NCBI GenBank assembly: GCA_045541175.1
Contig: JAZQIP010000022.1
Coordinates: forward strand, 14,129 to 78,128
Reading direction: 5' to 3'
Source: Acutalibacteraceae bacterium
Lineage (GTDB): Bacteria > Bacillota > Clostridia > Oscillospirales > Acutalibacteraceae
Length of the DNA stretch: 64,000 bases
The notes under the pieces are model-generated. The model was given only the letters and a program-made list of their open reading frames with translations. It was not told the DNA's origin and ran no database searches. Positions 51,565-62,332 of this stretch are shown piece by piece (positions within the stretch are counted from its first letter, which is position 1; the number at the start of each line of letters is the position of its first letter). The position numbers and the translations under genes are program-made.

Positions 51565-52704
51565 ATGGCAACAAAATCACTTGCAAAACCTCCTGTTAAA
51601 AAGGTTGAAGACGAGGAGAGACAAAAAGCGCTTAAAACCGCGATGGACCAGATAGAGAAGAAATTCGGCAAGGGTGCCGTTATGCGCCTTGGCGAAAATG
51701 CGGCAATGAATATTGAACATATTAAAACAGGCTCTTTAATGCTTGATATAGCTTTAGGTATAGGCGGTATTCCAAAGGGAAGAATCGTAGAAATTTACGG
51801 TCCTGAATCTTCGGGTAAAACCACCGTTGCGCTACACTGCGTAGCCGAGGCTCAAAAAGCAGGCGGCACCGCCGCATTTATAGATGTCGAGCATGCGCTT
51901 GATCCTGTATATGCAAGCCATTTGGGTGTTGATATTGATAGTCTTTTAGTATCTCAGCCTGATTCGGGTGAACAGGCTCTTGAGATTGCAGAGGCACTTG
52001 TGCGTTCTGGAGCTATTGATATTATAGTTGTTGACTCGGTTGCCGCTCTTGTAACCAGAGCCGAAATAGACGGTGAAATGGGTGACAGCCATGTAGGTCA
52101 GCTTGCCCGTCTTATGTCTCAGGCTATGAGAAAGCTTGCAGGTGCGCTTTCAAAGTCTAACTGCGCCGCAATATTTATTAACCAGCTTCGTGAGAAGATT
52201 GGTGTTATGTACGGTAACCCCGAAACTACTCCGGGCGGTCGTGCTCTTAAATTCTATGCGAGTGTTCGTATAGATGTTCGCAAAGGCGAAACCATTAAGG
52301 AGGGTAATGAGCTTATCGGTACTCATACAAAGGTTAAGATTGTTAAGAATAAGGTGGCTCCGCCATTTAAGACTGCAGAGTTTGATATTATGTATGGTAC
52401 AGGTATTTCCCATACAGGTGAAATAGTCGATGCAGGTGTTGAACTCGGTATTCTCAAAAAATCAGGTGCTTGGTTCTATTACGGCGATACCCGTCTTGGC
52501 CAAGGCAGAGATAATGTTAAAAAGCTGTTTGAGGATAACCCCGAAATGGCAGAGGAGATAGAGGCAAAGATTATGGCGGCTGTTATGGATGGAAATGAAA
52601 TATCCGAAACAGTATCGGCAGATGATGAAATCGAGATTATGCCCTCTGAGCCGGCAGCAAGACCGCGTAAAAGCGTTGATATAGATATCGCGGTTGACGA
52701 ATAA
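51565..52704 (+). CDS. recA: Recombinase RecA
   Basis: [67 protein letters not shown]. Confidence 0.98.
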   Translation: MATKSLAKPPVKKVEDEERQKALKTAMDQIEKKFGKGAVMRLGENAAMNIEHIKTGSLMLDIALGIGGIPKGRIVEIYGPESSGKTTVALHCVAEAQKAGGTAAFIDVEHALDPVYASHLGVDIDSLLVSQPDSGEQALEIAEALVRSGAIDIIVVDSVAALVTRAEIDGEMGDSHVGQLARLMSQAMRKLAGALSKSNCAAIFINQLREKIGVMYGNPETTPGGRALKFYASVRIDVRKGETIKEGNELIGTHTKVKIVKNKVAPPFKTAEFDIMYGTGISHTGEIVDAGVELGILKKSGAWFYYGDTRLGQGRDNVKKLFEDNPEMAEEIEAKIMAAVMDGNEISETVSADDEIEIMPSEPAARPRKSVDIDIAVDE

Positions 52705-53324
52705 TGAAAATATCCGAGCTTAAAAAGGATAAAAAGCATCTGACAAAAGTTTGCTTTATAGGCGGTAAGGAAATACTGCTTGATAACGATGTATGCTGTG
52801 AAAATTCGCTTTGCGCTGATATTGAATTAGATGATGAGCAAATAAAAGAACTGAAGCATATATCGGATTTTAAAAGGGCAAAATCAAGAGCGCTTTGGTA
52901 TCTTGACCGTATGGATTATACTGAAAAGGCGTTGTTTGAAAAGCTTATAAAAGCAGGATTTAATAAAAAGATATCCGCTGAGGTTTTGGCAAAGCTTTGC
53001 GAATTCGGACTTATTGATGACCGCCGATATGCCGAGCGGTTTGCCGAAAGATGCAAAGACAATAATATCTCAAAGCGAGAGGCGAGCCAGAGGCTTTTCC
53101 AAAAGGGAGTGCCTTTAGATCTTATAAAAGAGGTGCTTTCAGAGGTCGAGGTTGATGAAATAGAGCAGATAACCGCCCTTTTAGAGCGGAAATATGCTTA
53201 TAAATTAACCCAGGAAAAGGGCTTTGAAAAAGTATATGCGGCGCTTATAAGAAAAGGTTTTTCGTATAGCGCAGTAAAAGATGCTATGAGAAAATATAAT
53301 TCAGATTTAGAGTGGGAAGAATAA
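52704..53324 (+). CDS. recX: RecA regulator RecX
   Basis: ALWYLDRMDYTEKALFEKLIKAGF...LIDDRRYAERFAE three-repeat helical pattern. Directly after recA. Confidence 0.85.
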   Translation: MKISELKKDKKHLTKVCFIGGKEILLDNDVCCENSLCADIELDDEQIKELKHISDFKRAKSRALWYLDRMDYTEKALFEKLIKAGFNKKISAEVLAKLCEFGLIDDRRYAERFAERCKDNNISKREASQRLFQKGVPLDLIKEVLSEVEVDEIEQITALLERKYAYKLTQEKGFEKVYAALIRKGFSYSAVKDAMRKYNSDLEWEE

Positions 53325-54649
53325 TGTATAAGGTAAGTATGGTGTCACTCGGCTGTCCTAAAAATCAGGTAGATGCCGAGATGATGCTCAGCAGTTTAAA
53401 AACAGCAGGCTTTGAAATAAGTCCCGAAGAAGCTGCGGCAGATGCTATAATAATTAACACCTGCGGCTTCATAGAGGCGGCAAAAGCAGAGGCTATTGAA
53501 AATATTTTAGAGGCGGCGCAGTATAAGACCGATGGCAACTGCAAAGCTCTTATTGTTACAGGCTGTCTTGCAGAGAGATACAAGGACGATGTCACCGAGG
53601 AAATTCCTGAGGTGGACGTTTGCGTTGGAATAGGCTCTAATAAAGATATTGCCGAGATAGTAAAAAATGCTATTGAGGGTAATTGCCAAAACTGCTACGG
53701 CGAAAAGGATGAGCTTCCTTTGAGCGGAGAGCGTATTTTGGGCGGTTATCCGTTTACGGCATATCTCAAAATTGCAGACGGATGTAATAACTGCTGTACT
53801 TATTGCGCGATACCAAAAATCAGAGGCAGAATGAGAAGCAGAACTATTGAGGACTGTATCTTAGAGGCTAAAAAGCTTGCAGAGCAAGGAGTAAAAGAGC
53901 TTATAGTCGTAGCTCAGGATACTACCGCTTACGGTGAGGATATTTATGGCAAATCAAAACTGCCCGAGCTTTTGAGTGAGCTTTGCAAAATCGACGGTAT
54001 TCATTGGATAAGAACCCTTTATACCTATCCCGACCGTATAACTGACGAGCTTTTAGAGGTTATAGCAAAAGAACAAAAGCTTGTAAAATATCTTGATATA
54101 CCGCTTCAGCATATAGACGGTGAAATACTGAAAAGAATGAACCGCAAGGGTGATAAAGAGAGTATTTCAGCGCTTATTGATAAAATCAGAAATAAAATTC
54201 CTGAAATAACTTTAAGAACTACATTTATAACAGGCTTCCCCGGGGAGACTGATGAGCAGTTTACCTCGCTTGCAGAGTTTGTAAAGGAAAAGCGCTTTGA
54301 CAGGCTTGGCTGTTTTACATATTCGGCTGAGGAAGATACCGCCGCCGCCCTTTTTGATAATCAGGTGGATGAGCAGGTAAAAACCGACCGAATGGAAAAT
54401 ATAATGGAAATGCAGATGACTATTGCGGCTGAGAAAAACGAGGAAAAGGCAGGAACAGTCACTGAGGTGCTTATCGAGGGCTGGGATGACTATATAAAAT
54501 GTTATTTTGGCAGAACTACTGCCGATGCCCCCGAAATCGACGGTAAAATTTTCTTTATGTCTACAAAACCGCTGGTTATTGGTGAGTTTGTAAAGGTAAG
54601 AGTTAACGATTGCATTGAATATGATTTGTTAGGAGAATTAGAAGAATGA
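53324..54649 (+). CDS. rimO: Ribosomal protein S12 methylthiotransferase
   Basis: SLGCPKNQVDAE, radical-SAM CNNCCTYC, C-terminal TRAM domain. Confidence 0.9.
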   Translation: MYKVSMVSLGCPKNQVDAEMMLSSLKTAGFEISPEEAAADAIIINTCGFIEAAKAEAIENILEAAQYKTDGNCKALIVTGCLAERYKDDVTEEIPEVDVCVGIGSNKDIAEIVKNAIEGNCQNCYGEKDELPLSGERILGGYPFTAYLKIADGCNNCCTYCAIPKIRGRMRSRTIEDCILEAKKLAEQGVKELIVVAQDTTAYGEDIYGKSKLPELLSELCKIDGIHWIRTLYTYPDRITDELLEVIAKEQKLVKYLDIPLQHIDGEILKRMNRKGDKESISALIDKIRNKIPEITLRTTFITGFPGETDEQFTSLAEFVKEKRFDRLGCFTYSAEEDTAAALFDNQVDEQVKTDRMENIMEMQMTIAAEKNEEKAGTVTEVLIEGWDDYIKCYFGRTTADAPEIDGKIFFMSTKPLVIGEFVKVRVNDCIEYDLLGELEE

Positions 54650-54709
54650 ATAAAAATCGCCCACAGCACTGTGAACGATTTTTGTGAGTTTTGAAAGGAT
54701 TGATTAAAA

Positions 54710-55306
54710 TTGAATACACCGAATAAATTGACAATAGCCCGAATAATTGCAACGCCTGTTTTTATGGCTACTATGATAATTGATTTTCCGTTTCATTATC
54801 TGATTTCTCTTATCCTTTTTATTGCCGCATCTCTTACCGATATGATAGACGGTAAAATGGCAAGAAAATATAATCTTATAACCGATTTCGGAAAATTTTT
54901 AGACCCTCTTGCAGATAAAATGCTGACAACATCTGCGTACCTTGGCTTTATATGTATGTATGCAGATAAATATGCTTTTTGCTGGCAGATAACTATTATC
55001 ACCTTTATTGTGCTTTTCAGAGAGTTTATGGTATCCTCTGTTAGACTGGTTGTTGTATCGTCAGGAGGAAAGGTTATTGCCGCTAATATGTGGGGTAAAT
55101 GCAAAACTGTAAGTCAGATGGCAGGCATTATTTTCGCCCTTTTGGCTTATACTCTTATTAAGGATTTCGGTATTAATAATCCGACTTTTGTTTCAGCTTG
55201 CGATATTATAATAAGTGTACTTTTCTGGGCATCAGCTGTACTTTGTATTATTTCGGGTGCAATATATCTGCTCGCAAGCAAGGAGTATATTGATCCTTCC
55301 AAATAA
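54710..55306 (+). CDS. pgsA: CDP-diacylglycerol--glycerol-3-phosphate 3-phosphatidyltransferase
   Basis: NKLTIARI...LTDMIDGKMARKYNLITDFGKFLDPLADK (CDP-alcohol phosphatidyltransferase motif). Confidence 0.9.
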   Translation: MNTPNKLTIARIIATPVFMATMIIDFPFHYLISLILFIAASLTDMIDGKMARKYNLITDFGKFLDPLADKMLTTSAYLGFICMYADKYAFCWQITIITFIVLFREFMVSSVRLVVVSSGGKVIAANMWGKCKTVSQMAGIIFALLAYTLIKDFGINNPTFVSACDIIISVLFWASAVLCIISGAIYLLASKEYIDPSK

Positions 55307-55319
55307 TGGGGGTTTTGGT

Positions 55320-55958
55320 TTGTTTAAGAGAATTATAGAAGATGTTAACGCTGTAAGAGAAAGAGACCCTGCGGCACGAAGCTTTTTAGAGGTACTGCTT
55401 CTTTATCCCGGCGTTAAGGCAATAAGGATGCACCGACGAGCGCATTTTTACTATACTCACGGGCTTCAGTTTTTAGCGCGTTATGTATCTCAAAGAGCGG
55501 TAAGAAAAACCGGCATTGAGATTCATCCAGGTGCAACAATCGGCAGAAGACTCGTTATTGACCACGGAACAGGAATAGTAATAGGAGAAACTACTGAAAT
55601 CGGCGACGATGTGCTGATTTATCAGGGTGTTACCCTTGGCGGTACAGGTAAGGATACCGGCAAGCGCCATCCTACCATAGGCAATAATGTTATGATATCT
55701 GCGGGTGCTAAGGTTTTAGGCCCGTTTAAGATAGGGGATAATTCCCGTGTAGCGGCAGGTGCTGTTGTGCTGGAAGAAGTGCCGCCTAATTCCACCGTTG
55801 TAGGTATTCCTGCAAGGGTTGTCCGTCAGGACGGCAAGAAAGTAGGTCAGCTTGACCAGATTCATATTCCCGACCCTGTAAAGCAGAAGATGGACGATAT
55901 GGATAAACGAATTGATGAATTAGAGAGTATTATTTCCAATTTAGGAGCGAATAAGTAA
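55320..55958 (+). CDS. cysE: Serine O-acetyltransferase
   Basis: ERDPAARS...IHPGATIGRRLVIDHGTGIVIGETTEIGDDVLIYQGVTLGG hexapeptide repeats. TTG start 7 nt after GGGGG. The ORF-track N-terminal extension overlaps pgsA. Confidence 0.88.
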   Translation: MFKRIIEDVNAVRERDPAARSFLEVLLLYPGVKAIRMHRRAHFYYTHGLQFLARYVSQRAVRKTGIEIHPGATIGRRLVIDHGTGIVIGETTEIGDDVLIYQGVTLGGTGKDTGKRHPTIGNNVMISAGAKVLGPFKIGDNSRVAAGAVVLEEVPPNSTVVGIPARVVRQDGKKVGQLDQIHIPDPVKQKMDDMDKRIDELESIISNLGANK

Positions 55959-57343
55959 TGAAGATTTTTAACACTTTAACAAGAACTAAGGACGATTTCA
56001 AACCGATAGTAGACGGAGAGGTTAAGATTTATGCCTGCGGTCCTACGGTTTATAACTATATTCATATAGGAAACGCAAGACCTCTTTGCGTTTTCGATGT
56101 TTTGCGCAGATATTTTGAATGGCGCGGATATAAGGTGAATTTTGTTCAGAACTTCACCGATATTGACGATAAGCTTATCAAAAAGGCAAACGAAGAGGGT
56201 ATAACTGTACCCGAGGTTGCAGAAAGATATATCGGCGAATTCTGGACCGATGCTAAAGGCCTTAATGTCCGAGAGGCTACTGTTCATCCAAGAGCAACTG
56301 AGAATATCGAGCAGATTCAGGGTATAATTTCTTCTCTTATGGAAAACGGATATGCTTATGAGGCAGGCGGCGATGTTTATTACAGAGCAAAGAAATTTGA
56401 CGGTTACGGCAAGCTTTCTCATCAGCCTTTAGAGGATTTGGAAGTAGGAGCTTCGGAGCGTGTCGATTCAGGAGATATCAAGGAAGACCCGATGGATTTC
56501 TGCCTTTGGAAAGGTGCAAAACCGGGTGAGCCTTATTGGGAGTCTCCTTGGGGTAAGGGTAGACCGGGCTGGCATATAGAATGCTCGGCAATGGCAGGAA
56601 GATATCTTGGCAAGACTATTGATATCCACTGCGGCGGTCTTGACCTTATCTTCCCTCATCACGAAAATGAAATTGCTCAGAGTGAGGCGGCAAACGGCTG
56701 TGATTTTGCTCATTATTGGATGCATAACGGTTTCATCAATGTAGATAACCATAAGATGTCAAAATCGCTCAACAATTTCTTTACTGTTCGTGATGTTGCT
56801 GATAAATTCGGCTATGAGCCTATTCGTTATTTCCTTGTTTCTTCTCAGTACAGAAGCCCGATAAACTATTCTGTCGAGATAATCGAGCAGGCTAAAAATT
56901 CTCTTGAAAGACTTTATACCTGCCGTGATAATATTGATTTTGCGCTTAAAAATGCTGCAGATGGCGGTGAAATTCCTGCATTTATAGAAGAACGTAAAAA
57001 TGAGTTTATAAATGCTATGGAAGATGACCTTAATACCGCTGATGCTTTGGCTGCTGTATTTATGCTTGTAAGAGATATCAATACTGCTATCGCAAACGGT
57101 GCGGGCAAGGCAACTCTCGAAGCTTGCGCAGATATTTTTGACCAGCTCACAGGTGTTTTAGGTCTTGTTTATAACCGTAAGACCGAGGCGCTTGATGATG
57201 AGATAGAGGCGCTAATTGAAAAGAGAACCGAGGCAAGAAAAGCTAAGGACTTTAAGACTGCCGATGCTATTCGCGATCAGCTCAAGGATATGGGTATTAT
57301 CTTAGAGGATACTCCTCAGGGTGTGAAATGGACCAGAGCGTAA
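55958..57343 (+). CDS. cysS: Cysteine--tRNA ligase
   Basis: [18 protein letters not shown] (HIGH), KMSKSLNN (KMSKS), [18 protein letters not shown]. Confidence 0.97.
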   Translation: MKIFNTLTRTKDDFKPIVDGEVKIYACGPTVYNYIHIGNARPLCVFDVLRRYFEWRGYKVNFVQNFTDIDDKLIKKANEEGITVPEVAERYIGEFWTDAKGLNVREATVHPRATENIEQIQGIISSLMENGYAYEAGGDVYYRAKKFDGYGKLSHQPLEDLEVGASERVDSGDIKEDPMDFCLWKGAKPGEPYWESPWGKGRPGWHIECSAMAGRYLGKTIDIHCGGLDLIFPHHENEIAQSEAANGCDFAHYWMHNGFINVDNHKMSKSLNNFFTVRDVADKFGYEPIRYFLVSSQYRSPINYSVEIIEQAKNSLERLYTCRDNIDFALKNAADGGEIPAFIEERKNEFINAMEDDLNTADALAAVFMLVRDINTAIANGAGKATLEACADIFDQLTGVLGLVYNRKTEALDDEIEALIEKRTEARKAKDFKTADAIRDQLKDMGIILEDTPQGVKWTRA

Positions 57344-58062
57344 TAAAACGCGAGCCTTTAGGCAGGGATTATTATATTAATGTATCACCGCATCATACCT
57401 TTGGTACCGATGCGGTGCTGCTGAGTTATTTTGCTAGTGCTAAAAAGAAAGACCGTATGGTCGATTTGGGTACAGGCTGCGGTATAATTCCTTTGCTTAT
57501 GCTTAGAGACGGTCTTTTGACAAAAGCGGTCGGCGTAGATATAAGCGAAGAAGCGGCTTTTCTAGCAAAGAAGACTGTGGAAGAGCTTGAAATTTCCAAT
57601 TTTGAGGTTGTTTGCAGTAATCTTTTGGAGCTTAAGGGTAAGGTGGATTTTGGATGTCATACGCTTATTACCTGTAATCCGCCTTATAAAGCACCAAATG
57701 CGGGGCTTAAAAATCCCGATAAGGTGGAAATGGTTGCCCGTCACGAGGTTGCCTGCACTCTGGAAGATATAATTGCTGTGTCATCCAAGCTTTTGCAGAC
57801 AGGCGGCAGACTTTGTATGTGCCACAGGCCTGAAAGACTTAGCGAACTGATGACCCTTATGGCAAAATACAAAGTTGAGCCCAAAAGACTCAGACTTGTA
57901 GCTCAAAGAAAAGGTGAGGAGCCTTGGCTTGTGCTTGTAGAGGGAAAGCGCTGTGCCAATATAGGACTCAGGATTGAGCCTACACTTTATGTTGAAGATA
58001 ACGGCGGATTTTCGCCTGAGATGATAAAAATTTACGGACCTTACAAGGAGGCATACCTATAA
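57328..58062 (+). CDS. SAM-dependent tRNA (adenine-N6) methyltransferase, YabB/TrmN6-like
   Basis: VDLGTGCGIIPL and CNPPYK motifs. Followed by rsmI, as with the Bacillus yabB-yabC pair. Confidence 0.8.
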   Translation: MDQSVIKREPLGRDYYINVSPHHTFGTDAVLLSYFASAKKKDRMVDLGTGCGIIPLLMLRDGLLTKAVGVDISEEAAFLAKKTVEELEISNFEVVCSNLLELKGKVDFGCHTLITCNPPYKAPNAGLKNPDKVEMVARHEVACTLEDIIAVSSKLLQTGGRLCMCHRPERLSELMTLMAKYKVEPKRLRLVAQRKGEEPWLVLVEGKRCANIGLRIEPTLYVEDNGGFSPEMIKIYGPYKEAYL

Positions 58063-58883
58063 TGAGCGGAAAACTTTATGTTGTAGGGACTCCTATAGGC
58101 AATCTGGGTGATTTTAGTCCTCGCGCGGTAGAAACCCTGGATAAGGTTGATTTTATAGCCGCAGAGGATACCCGTGTCACGGTGAAATTACTTAATCATT
58201 TTGAGATAAAAAAAGAAATGCTCTCTTATTATGAGCATAATAAGAATTCTAAGGGCAATTTAATTATAGAAAGAATTTTAAAAGGGGAAAGCTGTGCGCT
58301 TGTATCAGATGCAGGTATGCCCGCTATATCTGACCCCGGTGAACAGCTTGTAAAGCAAGCGAGAGAAATTGGAATTGAGGTAGAATCGGTACCGGGACCG
58401 AGCGCTCTTATAACGGCACTTAGTATCTCCGGAATGCCGAGCGGCAGATTTTGCTTTGAAGGCTTTTTGTCGGTAAATCGAATCAGCCGCCGTGAGCATT
58501 TGCAGTCGCTTATAAACGAACAGCGTACAATGATTTTTTACGAAGCACCACATAAGCTGCTTCAAACCCTTAAAGATATGAAGGATTATTTCGGTAACAG
58601 AGAAATAGCCCTTGTAAAAGAGCTTACAAAATTGCATGAAAATGTTTTTTTAACAACCTTTGAGGATGCCATAGTTAATTATGAGCAAAATCCGCCTAAG
58701 GGTGAATTTGTGCTGATAATAAGGGGTGCTGAGCCTGAAAAAACGGAATACACCTTAGAAGATGCTGTAGAAATCGCTAAAAAGCTCATAAACAGCGGAA
58801 CCCCGATTTCTGCCGCCTCGAAAGAAGCCGCATCTTTGACAGGGCTTAAAAAAGGAGATATTTATAAAGCTGTTTTAAACTAA
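58062..58883 (+). CDS. rsmI: 16S rRNA (cytidine1402-2'-O)-methyltransferase
   Basis: KLYVVGTPIGNLGDFSPRAVETL...IAAEDTR...DAGMPAISDPG. Confidence 0.92.
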   Translation: MSGKLYVVGTPIGNLGDFSPRAVETLDKVDFIAAEDTRVTVKLLNHFEIKKEMLSYYEHNKNSKGNLIIERILKGESCALVSDAGMPAISDPGEQLVKQAREIGIEVESVPGPSALITALSISGMPSGRFCFEGFLSVNRISRREHLQSLINEQRTMIFYEAPHKLLQTLKDMKDYFGNREIALVKELTKLHENVFLTTFEDAIVNYEQNPPKGEFVLIIRGAEPEKTEYTLEDAVEIAKKLINSGTPISAASKEAASLTGLKKGDIYKAVLN

Positions 58884-58898
58884 AAGGCTGGGGGATAT

Positions 58899-60029
58899 AT
58901 GAAAAATCAAGATAATTTTGATGAAAAATTGCCTCAAGAAGAGGTTGCTTCCCACTCGTATAAAAAAGAAAAGAATAAAAATACAAAGCTTATAATACTT
59001 ATTGTGGCTTGTGCATTAGTTATCGCTGTCATAGCTACAGTTATATTCGGTGTTTTTTATATCAAAGGTATTTTAAATTTCAAGTTCAATGAAATAAGTG
59101 AAAAACCAGAGGATTTGGGATTTGAAGAGGTTAAAAGCGATGATATAGAAAATATTGCGCTTTTTGGTGTTGATACGCATGACAATGAGTCATTTGAAGG
59201 TCGTTCGGACAGTATAATCATTTTAAGTGTTAATAAAACAGATAAGAAAATTAAGCTTGTGTCTGTGCTGAGAGATAGTTTTGTTCCGATTGTGGAAAAT
59301 GGAAAAACCAGATATCATATTCTGAATAATGCTTATTTCACCGGCGGACCTGAGCTTGCAATTAAAACCCTCAATACGGTTTATGATTTGGATATTTCTG
59401 AATATGCTACTGTTAATTTTTACGGTGTCTTAAAAATTGTAGATTCAATCGGTGGTATTGAAATTGATATTACCCCAAAAGAGCTTGAAATGATTAACAG
59501 TTCAGTAAAAGCCTATTGCGAACGGTCTGATTTGTCCTTTCGTGATTATGAACTTAAAAAATCAGGAAAACAGATGGTGGAAGGTATTCATGTTATGGCT
59601 TATACGCGCATCAGGATGATACCTAATGCAGATGGTACGAAGTACGATTATGGCAGAACCGACCGCCAAAGATATGTTTTGGAGCAGATTTTTAATAAGG
59701 CGGTAAAGCTTGATATACCGCAGATAGTCGAGCTAATTAAGACCTTGACACCTTTTTGCGAAACCTCTCTTTCGTATACTGAAATGTTAGGACTTGCGGC
59801 AAGTGTTTTACTTGATTCGCCGACATTTGAAGATACAAGGGTGCCTTTTACCGAATATGTTATGGATGACCCTAAAAATAATATAGGCGATGTGGTTTAT
59901 TATGATCTCGATTTTGCCGCAAAGCTTATTCATTCATATATATACGAGGATATTACCCCCGAAAAATATATAGAGCAATACGGCATAGAGCAAAAGGATT
60001 GGTATGCCGATATAATAAGGGAAAACTAA
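58899..60029 (+). CDS. LytR-CpsA-Psr (LCP) family cell-wall polymer transferase
   Basis: N-terminal TM. IALFGVDTHD...GRSDSIIILSVN...VSVLRDSFV...INNAY..GGPELAIKTLN...ATVNFYG...RTDRQRYV. Confidence 0.9.
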   Translation: MKNQDNFDEKLPQEEVASHSYKKEKNKNTKLIILIVACALVIAVIATVIFGVFYIKGILNFKFNEISEKPEDLGFEEVKSDDIENIALFGVDTHDNESFEGRSDSIIILSVNKTDKKIKLVSVLRDSFVPIVENGKTRYHILNNAYFTGGPELAIKTLNTVYDLDISEYATVNFYGVLKIVDSIGGIEIDITPKELEMINSSVKAYCERSDLSFRDYELKKSGKQMVEGIHVMAYTRIRMIPNADGTKYDYGRTDRQRYVLEQIFNKAVKLDIPQIVELIKTLTPFCETSLSYTEMLGLAASVLLDSPTFEDTRVPFTEYVMDDPKNNIGDVVYYDLDFAAKLIHSYIYEDITPEKYIEQYGIEQKDWYADIIREN

Positions 60030-60068
60030 AGCTTTGGAAAATAATATTTTAATAATCAGGAGTCGTTT

Positions 60069-61835
60069 ATGGAAAAGAAAGAAAATTTAAACGGTATGTT
60101 TTATATAGAAGAAAGTGAAAATTCAGAACAGGATACGGCTGAAAACACCTTGGAAAACTCAGAGGAAGTGACTGAAGAGAATACTGAAGAGAATACTGAG
60201 GAAAGTGCTCCTGCAGAAGAATTTATTGATATTATGACCGATTTTGACGATGTCAAAGGCGGTGCAAAGCACGCTCTCGAAAAACCGCAGGGAAAATTTG
60301 CCTGGTGGAAGAAAATGAAAGGTTGGCAAAAAGCTATCCTTTTATCTGGCATAGCATTAGTGCTTGTAGTAGCAATTGTTTTAGGGATTGTTTTATCAAG
60401 CTTTGATTATAATTATAACGAGATAACAAGCGACCCTGTTGAACTTGGATTTGAAAATGTTTTGGATGAAAATATAGTCAATGTTGCACTTTTTGGTATT
60501 GATGCGAGAAATCCAAAGTCTTTTGAAGGCCGTTCGGATAGTATAATGATACTCAGCCTTAATACCATAACTAAAAAGGTAAAAATAATGTCTGTTATGA
60601 GAGATTCGCTGGTTCCTATTACTTATAACGGAAATACTACCTATAATAAAATCAACAGCGCTTATAGCAAAGGCGGTCCAGAGCTTGCTATAAAAACTCT
60701 TAATACCATTTTTGATTTGGATATTTCCGAATATGCTACTGTTAACTTCTACGGTATGGCAGATATTATAGAAGCAGTAGGCGGAATAGATGTTGAGCTT
60801 ACAGCAGGCGAGGTAGGAAAATTTAACGGTACTCAGCATAATATTAACGGATGTATTTACGAAATCTGTGAGCATTTAGGTCTTAATCCTGCGGATTATT
60901 ATGTCCACGAGTCGGGCGTTCAGCATCTAAACGGTGTTCAGGCGGTGGCATATTCCCGTATAAGATATGTTGCAAATATATGGGGAACTAATAATGACCA
61001 CGGTAGAACAGACCGTCAGCGTTATGTTATGGAACAGCTTTTTAATAAGGCTCTTACATTGGAAAAATCCAAGTATGCAAAGCTTGCAAAATCACTTATT
61101 CCCTGTAGCGAAACCTCGCTTTCCTATAGCGAGATAATGGGGCTTGCTTTTGATATATTGCTTTCTTCTCCAACCTTTTCCCAAACCCGTATTCCGCAAT
61201 CAGAGTGGCAGATGAGACAGCCTAATGCAGGGGTGGGCTCGGTAATTTATTATGACCTTGATTTTGCCTCAAAGGTTATTCACGCATTTATATATGATGA
61301 TATAGACCCCGAAACCTTTGTTGAAGAAAACGGAATCGAGAAAAACGATTGGTATAGAGCTTTATTCGGCGGCTCTTCTACGGTCAGCAAGAATGATAAA
61401 GACGACGATGACAATGATAAGGATTCCTCAAAGGATAAATCGTCTTCAAAGGATAAGGGAAGCTCAAAGGATAAAGGTTCCTCTAATGATAAGGGCTCTT
61501 CGGACGATAAGTCTTCTTCGGATGACAAAAAAGGATCTGGAGATAAAGGAACATCAGATCAAACTCCTGATAGCGGAGAGGACGATACAACAAAAGAGCC
61601 TACATCTTCTGATGATACATCTGAAGATGATAAATCAGAGGATAGTACAAGCTCGGCAGATAGCGAATCTACCGGCGGGACATCATCTGACCAACACTCT
61701 TCTAATGAAAACGACAGTCAGACCTCTGAGGGCGGAGAGTCCTCAAATGCGAGTAGTGACGAGAGTGGGACCCAAAGCGGTGTAGATTCTTCTACTCAGT
61801 CAAGCAATGAATCAAAAGGCGATACATCTCAATAA
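60069..61835 (+). CDS. LCP family transferase paralog with a ~150-aa Ser/Asp/Lys-rich C-terminal tail
   Basis: Same LCP motifs (VALFGIDARN, GRSDSIMILSLN, MSVMRDSLV, GRTDRQRYV). The tail contains SSKDKSSSKDKGSSKDKGSSNDKGSSDDKSSSDDKK... (about nt 61380-61832). Confidence 0.9.
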   Translation: MEKKENLNGMFYIEESENSEQDTAENTLENSEEVTEENTEENTEESAPAEEFIDIMTDFDDVKGGAKHALEKPQGKFAWWKKMKGWQKAILLSGIALVLVVAIVLGIVLSSFDYNYNEITSDPVELGFENVLDENIVNVALFGIDARNPKSFEGRSDSIMILSLNTITKKVKIMSVMRDSLVPITYNGNTTYNKINSAYSKGGPELAIKTLNTIFDLDISEYATVNFYGMADIIEAVGGIDVELTAGEVGKFNGTQHNINGCIYEICEHLGLNPADYYVHESGVQHLNGVQAVAYSRIRYVANIWGTNNDHGRTDRQRYVMEQLFNKALTLEKSKYAKLAKSLIPCSETSLSYSEIMGLAFDILLSSPTFSQTRIPQSEWQMRQPNAGVGSVIYYDLDFASKVIHAFIYDDIDPETFVEENGIEKNDWYRALFGGSSTVSKNDKDDDDNDKDSSKDKSSSKDKGSSKDKGSSNDKGSSDDKSSSDDKKGSGDKGTSDQTPDSGEDDTTKEPTSSDDTSEDDKSEDSTSSADSESTGGTSSDQHSSNENDSQTSEGGESSNASSDESGTQSGVDSSTQSSNESKGDTSQ

Positions 61836-61847
61836 AATAAATAGAAA

Positions 61848-61881
61848 GGGCACAGTATGCATCCGCATACTGTGCCCTTTT
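61848..61881. terminator. Bidirectional intrinsic terminator between the LCP gene and acpP
   Basis: GGGCACAGTATGC (61848-60), loop ATCC, GCATACTGTGCCC (61865-77). TTTT follows downstream and an A-run lies upstream. Confidence 0.85.
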
Positions 61882-61901
61882 AAAAAGCGATATAAATTTA
61901 A

Positions 61902-62129
61902 TCAGGAATTAGCGTTGATGTAATCAACAAGCTCGCCTATAGTTCTGATATTCTCAATTTCCTCATCGGGAATTTCAACTTCAAATTCATCTTCTATAGA
62001 CATAAGCAGTTCAACAACATCAAGGCTGTCTGCGCCTAAATCTTTTGCTATGTTTGTTTCTAATGTCATGTCATTTTCATCAGCATCCAGCTGTTCAGCC
62101 AGCATTGCTTTTATTTTTTCAAAAACCAT
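61902..62129 (-). CDS. acpP: Acyl carrier protein
   Basis: 75 aa. DLGADSLDVVELLMSIEDEFEVEIPDEE with the phosphopantetheine Ser in DSLD. Confidence 0.9.
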   Translation of the reverse strand: MVFEKIKAMLAEQLDADENDMTLETNIAKDLGADSLDVVELLMSIEDEFEVEIPDEEIENIRTIGELVDYINANS

Positions 62130-62253
62130 AAAAAACCTCCTGAAAATTCCGCATCACAAAAGCGGTTATATTCAAATAATATGTTCTATTTTATGATTTG
62201 TCAATAGATTTTTTTCATTTTTTGTTAAAGTTTATTTCTTTTGTTAAAAAATG

Positions 62254-62282
62254 TTGCAAATTAAGAATATTTGCATTATAAT
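62254..62282 (+). promoter_or_regulatory. Sigma-A-type promoter of proS
   Basis: TTGCAA (62254-59), 17 nt, TATAAT (62277-82). Confidence 0.55.
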
Positions 62283-62332
62283 TATTTGGAATAAGTTGAA
62301 AGGTGGTAACAGGCGTTTATCGCCTAACCGAT

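Noticed and set aside
40083-61785. Numerous antisense or alternative-frame ORFs inside host genes (for example 40083-40634, 40900-41280, 41305-41673, 44350-44767, 46279-47121, 47849-48220, 49266-49700, 55976-56422, 60396-60875, 61318-61785)
   Set aside because: Each lies wholly within a confidently identified conserved gene on the other strand or frame. They lack RBSs and show low-complexity or biased translations.
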